Assembly (NCBI RefSeq): GCF_000940845.1
Contig: NZ_CP010341.1
Location: 1,110,001-1,142,000, forward strand
Origin: Propionibacterium freudenreichii subsp. freudenreichii
GTDB lineage: Bacteria > Actinomycetota > Actinomycetes > Propionibacteriales > Propionibacteriaceae
Length of the DNA: 32,000 nt
Direction: 5' to 3'
Position 1 is the first letter of the stretch. Each line of letters starts with the position of its first letter. The translations under genes and the position numbers were made by a program. The notes under the pieces were generated by a model, which worked only from the letters and a program-made list of their open reading frames with translations, was not told the DNA's origin and did no database searches. Shown piece by piece: positions 31,501-32,000 of this stretch.

Positions 31501-32000
31501 TCAGCCGGTGAGTGCCAGGGATGCGCCCAACGCCGCGACGATGGGCACCAGCAACAACCACAGTGTCGGCGTGGTCGTGCGGCCACGCCGTCGCGCGTGG
31601 GCGATGAGGAATCCCGCACCCAGCCCGATCAGGAAGCCACCCAGGTGACCCTGCCAGGCGATTCCCGGCACGATGAAGTCAAAGACGAGATTGATGCCGA
31701 GCAGCACCCAGATTCCGGTGTTGCGAATGCCGGCAAGCTTGTAGAGGCCGACGAGCAGGCCGAACAGGCCGAAGACCGCAGCTGACGCGCCCACGACGGC
31801 GCTGTGGGTGCCCGACAGTGCTGCGAACAGAATGAACAGTGCGCTGCCGCCCAGTGCGCTCAACAGATAGCTGAGCACATAGTCGCGGCGTCCGATGGCC
31901 GGTTCGATGGCCCGGCCCAACAGCCACAACATGAGCATATTTCCCGCAATGTGCATGAATCCCGACACCGAATGCGCAAACGCCGAGGTGATCAGCCGCC
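31501..32000 (-). CDS. Rhomboid-family intramembrane serine protease; 5' end lies outside the window
   Basis: HSVSGFMHIAGNMLMLW (H..N), GASAAVFGL (catalytic Ser) and WQGHLGGFLIG (catalytic His). The frame stays open to the window edge. Confidence 0.85.
   Translation of the reverse strand, partial: RLITSAFAHSVSGFMHIAGNMLMLWLLGRAIEPAIGRRDYVLSYLLSALGGSALFILFAALSGTHSAVVGASAAVFGLFGLLVGLYKLAGIRNTGIWVLLGINLVFDFIVPGIAWQGHLGGFLIGLGAGFLIAHARRRGRTTTPTLWLLLVPIVAALGASLALTG

Noticed and set aside
1429-31619. Many long ORFs opposite to, or out of frame with, the called genes. Examples are 1429..2640-, 1956..2981-, 6148..7029-, 6793..8118+, 8592..9755+, 15877..16875-, 19637..20617+, 22450..23358+, 25763..26653-, 28986..29906+, 30052..30780- and 30804..31619-.
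   Set aside because: They are Arg/Gly/Pro/His-rich, low-complexity translations with no motifs. Each lies fully within a gene that has strong family signatures on the other strand or frame. This is the expected stop-codon paucity of high-GC DNA.
1-32000. CRISPR arrays, rRNA genes and prophage structural genes.
   Set aside because: I saw no regularly spaced direct repeats, no rRNA-like conserved blocks, and no capsid, terminase or integrase-like translations on either strand.

Overview
High-GC actinobacterial chromosome segment. The 404-aa PPi-dependent phosphofructokinase (28905..30119) and the anaerobic-type cobalamin genes suggest Propionibacterium, probably P. freudenreichii; this is recognition from memory, not a database hit. 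Left to right the window holds: the 3' part of gcvP; a YihY-family membrane protein; a TetR / degenerate ABC-ATPase / YhgE-Pip permease operon; and a six-gene, translationally coupled late-cobalamin operon on the minus strand (cbiB, cobQ, cobO, a cbiA::cobD fusion, cobU, cobS). The most interesting signal is a cobalamin-riboswitch-like aptamer plus terminator (14427..14596, minus strand), which the ORF track cannot show. It lies about 0.7 kb upstream of cbiB, and that whole leader is occupied by an oppositely oriented cobC-like histidine-phosphatase gene. Next come otsA split by an ISL3-family IS with perfect 8-bp target duplications, an intact divergent otsB, and tRNA-Met. A decayed accessory stretch follows (18.8-24.2 kb): a TM2-domain gene without a usable start, a frameshifted gene remnant, an intact ADP-ribosylglycohydrolase, a 477-codon sigma-r4-HTH gene split by a second, diverged ISL3 copy whose transposase reads through into the host gene (752-aa chimeric ORF), and a VOC gene with an in-frame TAG. 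The rest is tenA with a TPP-riboswitch-like leader, dnaG, a sigma-70-family gene, a hypothetical, tRNA-Asn with a terminator, pfp, an orphan TadE/G-like gene, a tsaC/yrdC-like gene and a partial rhomboid protease. There is no CRISPR array and no rRNA. Many long ORFs in the track are antisense or upstream-extension shadows typical of high-GC DNA.
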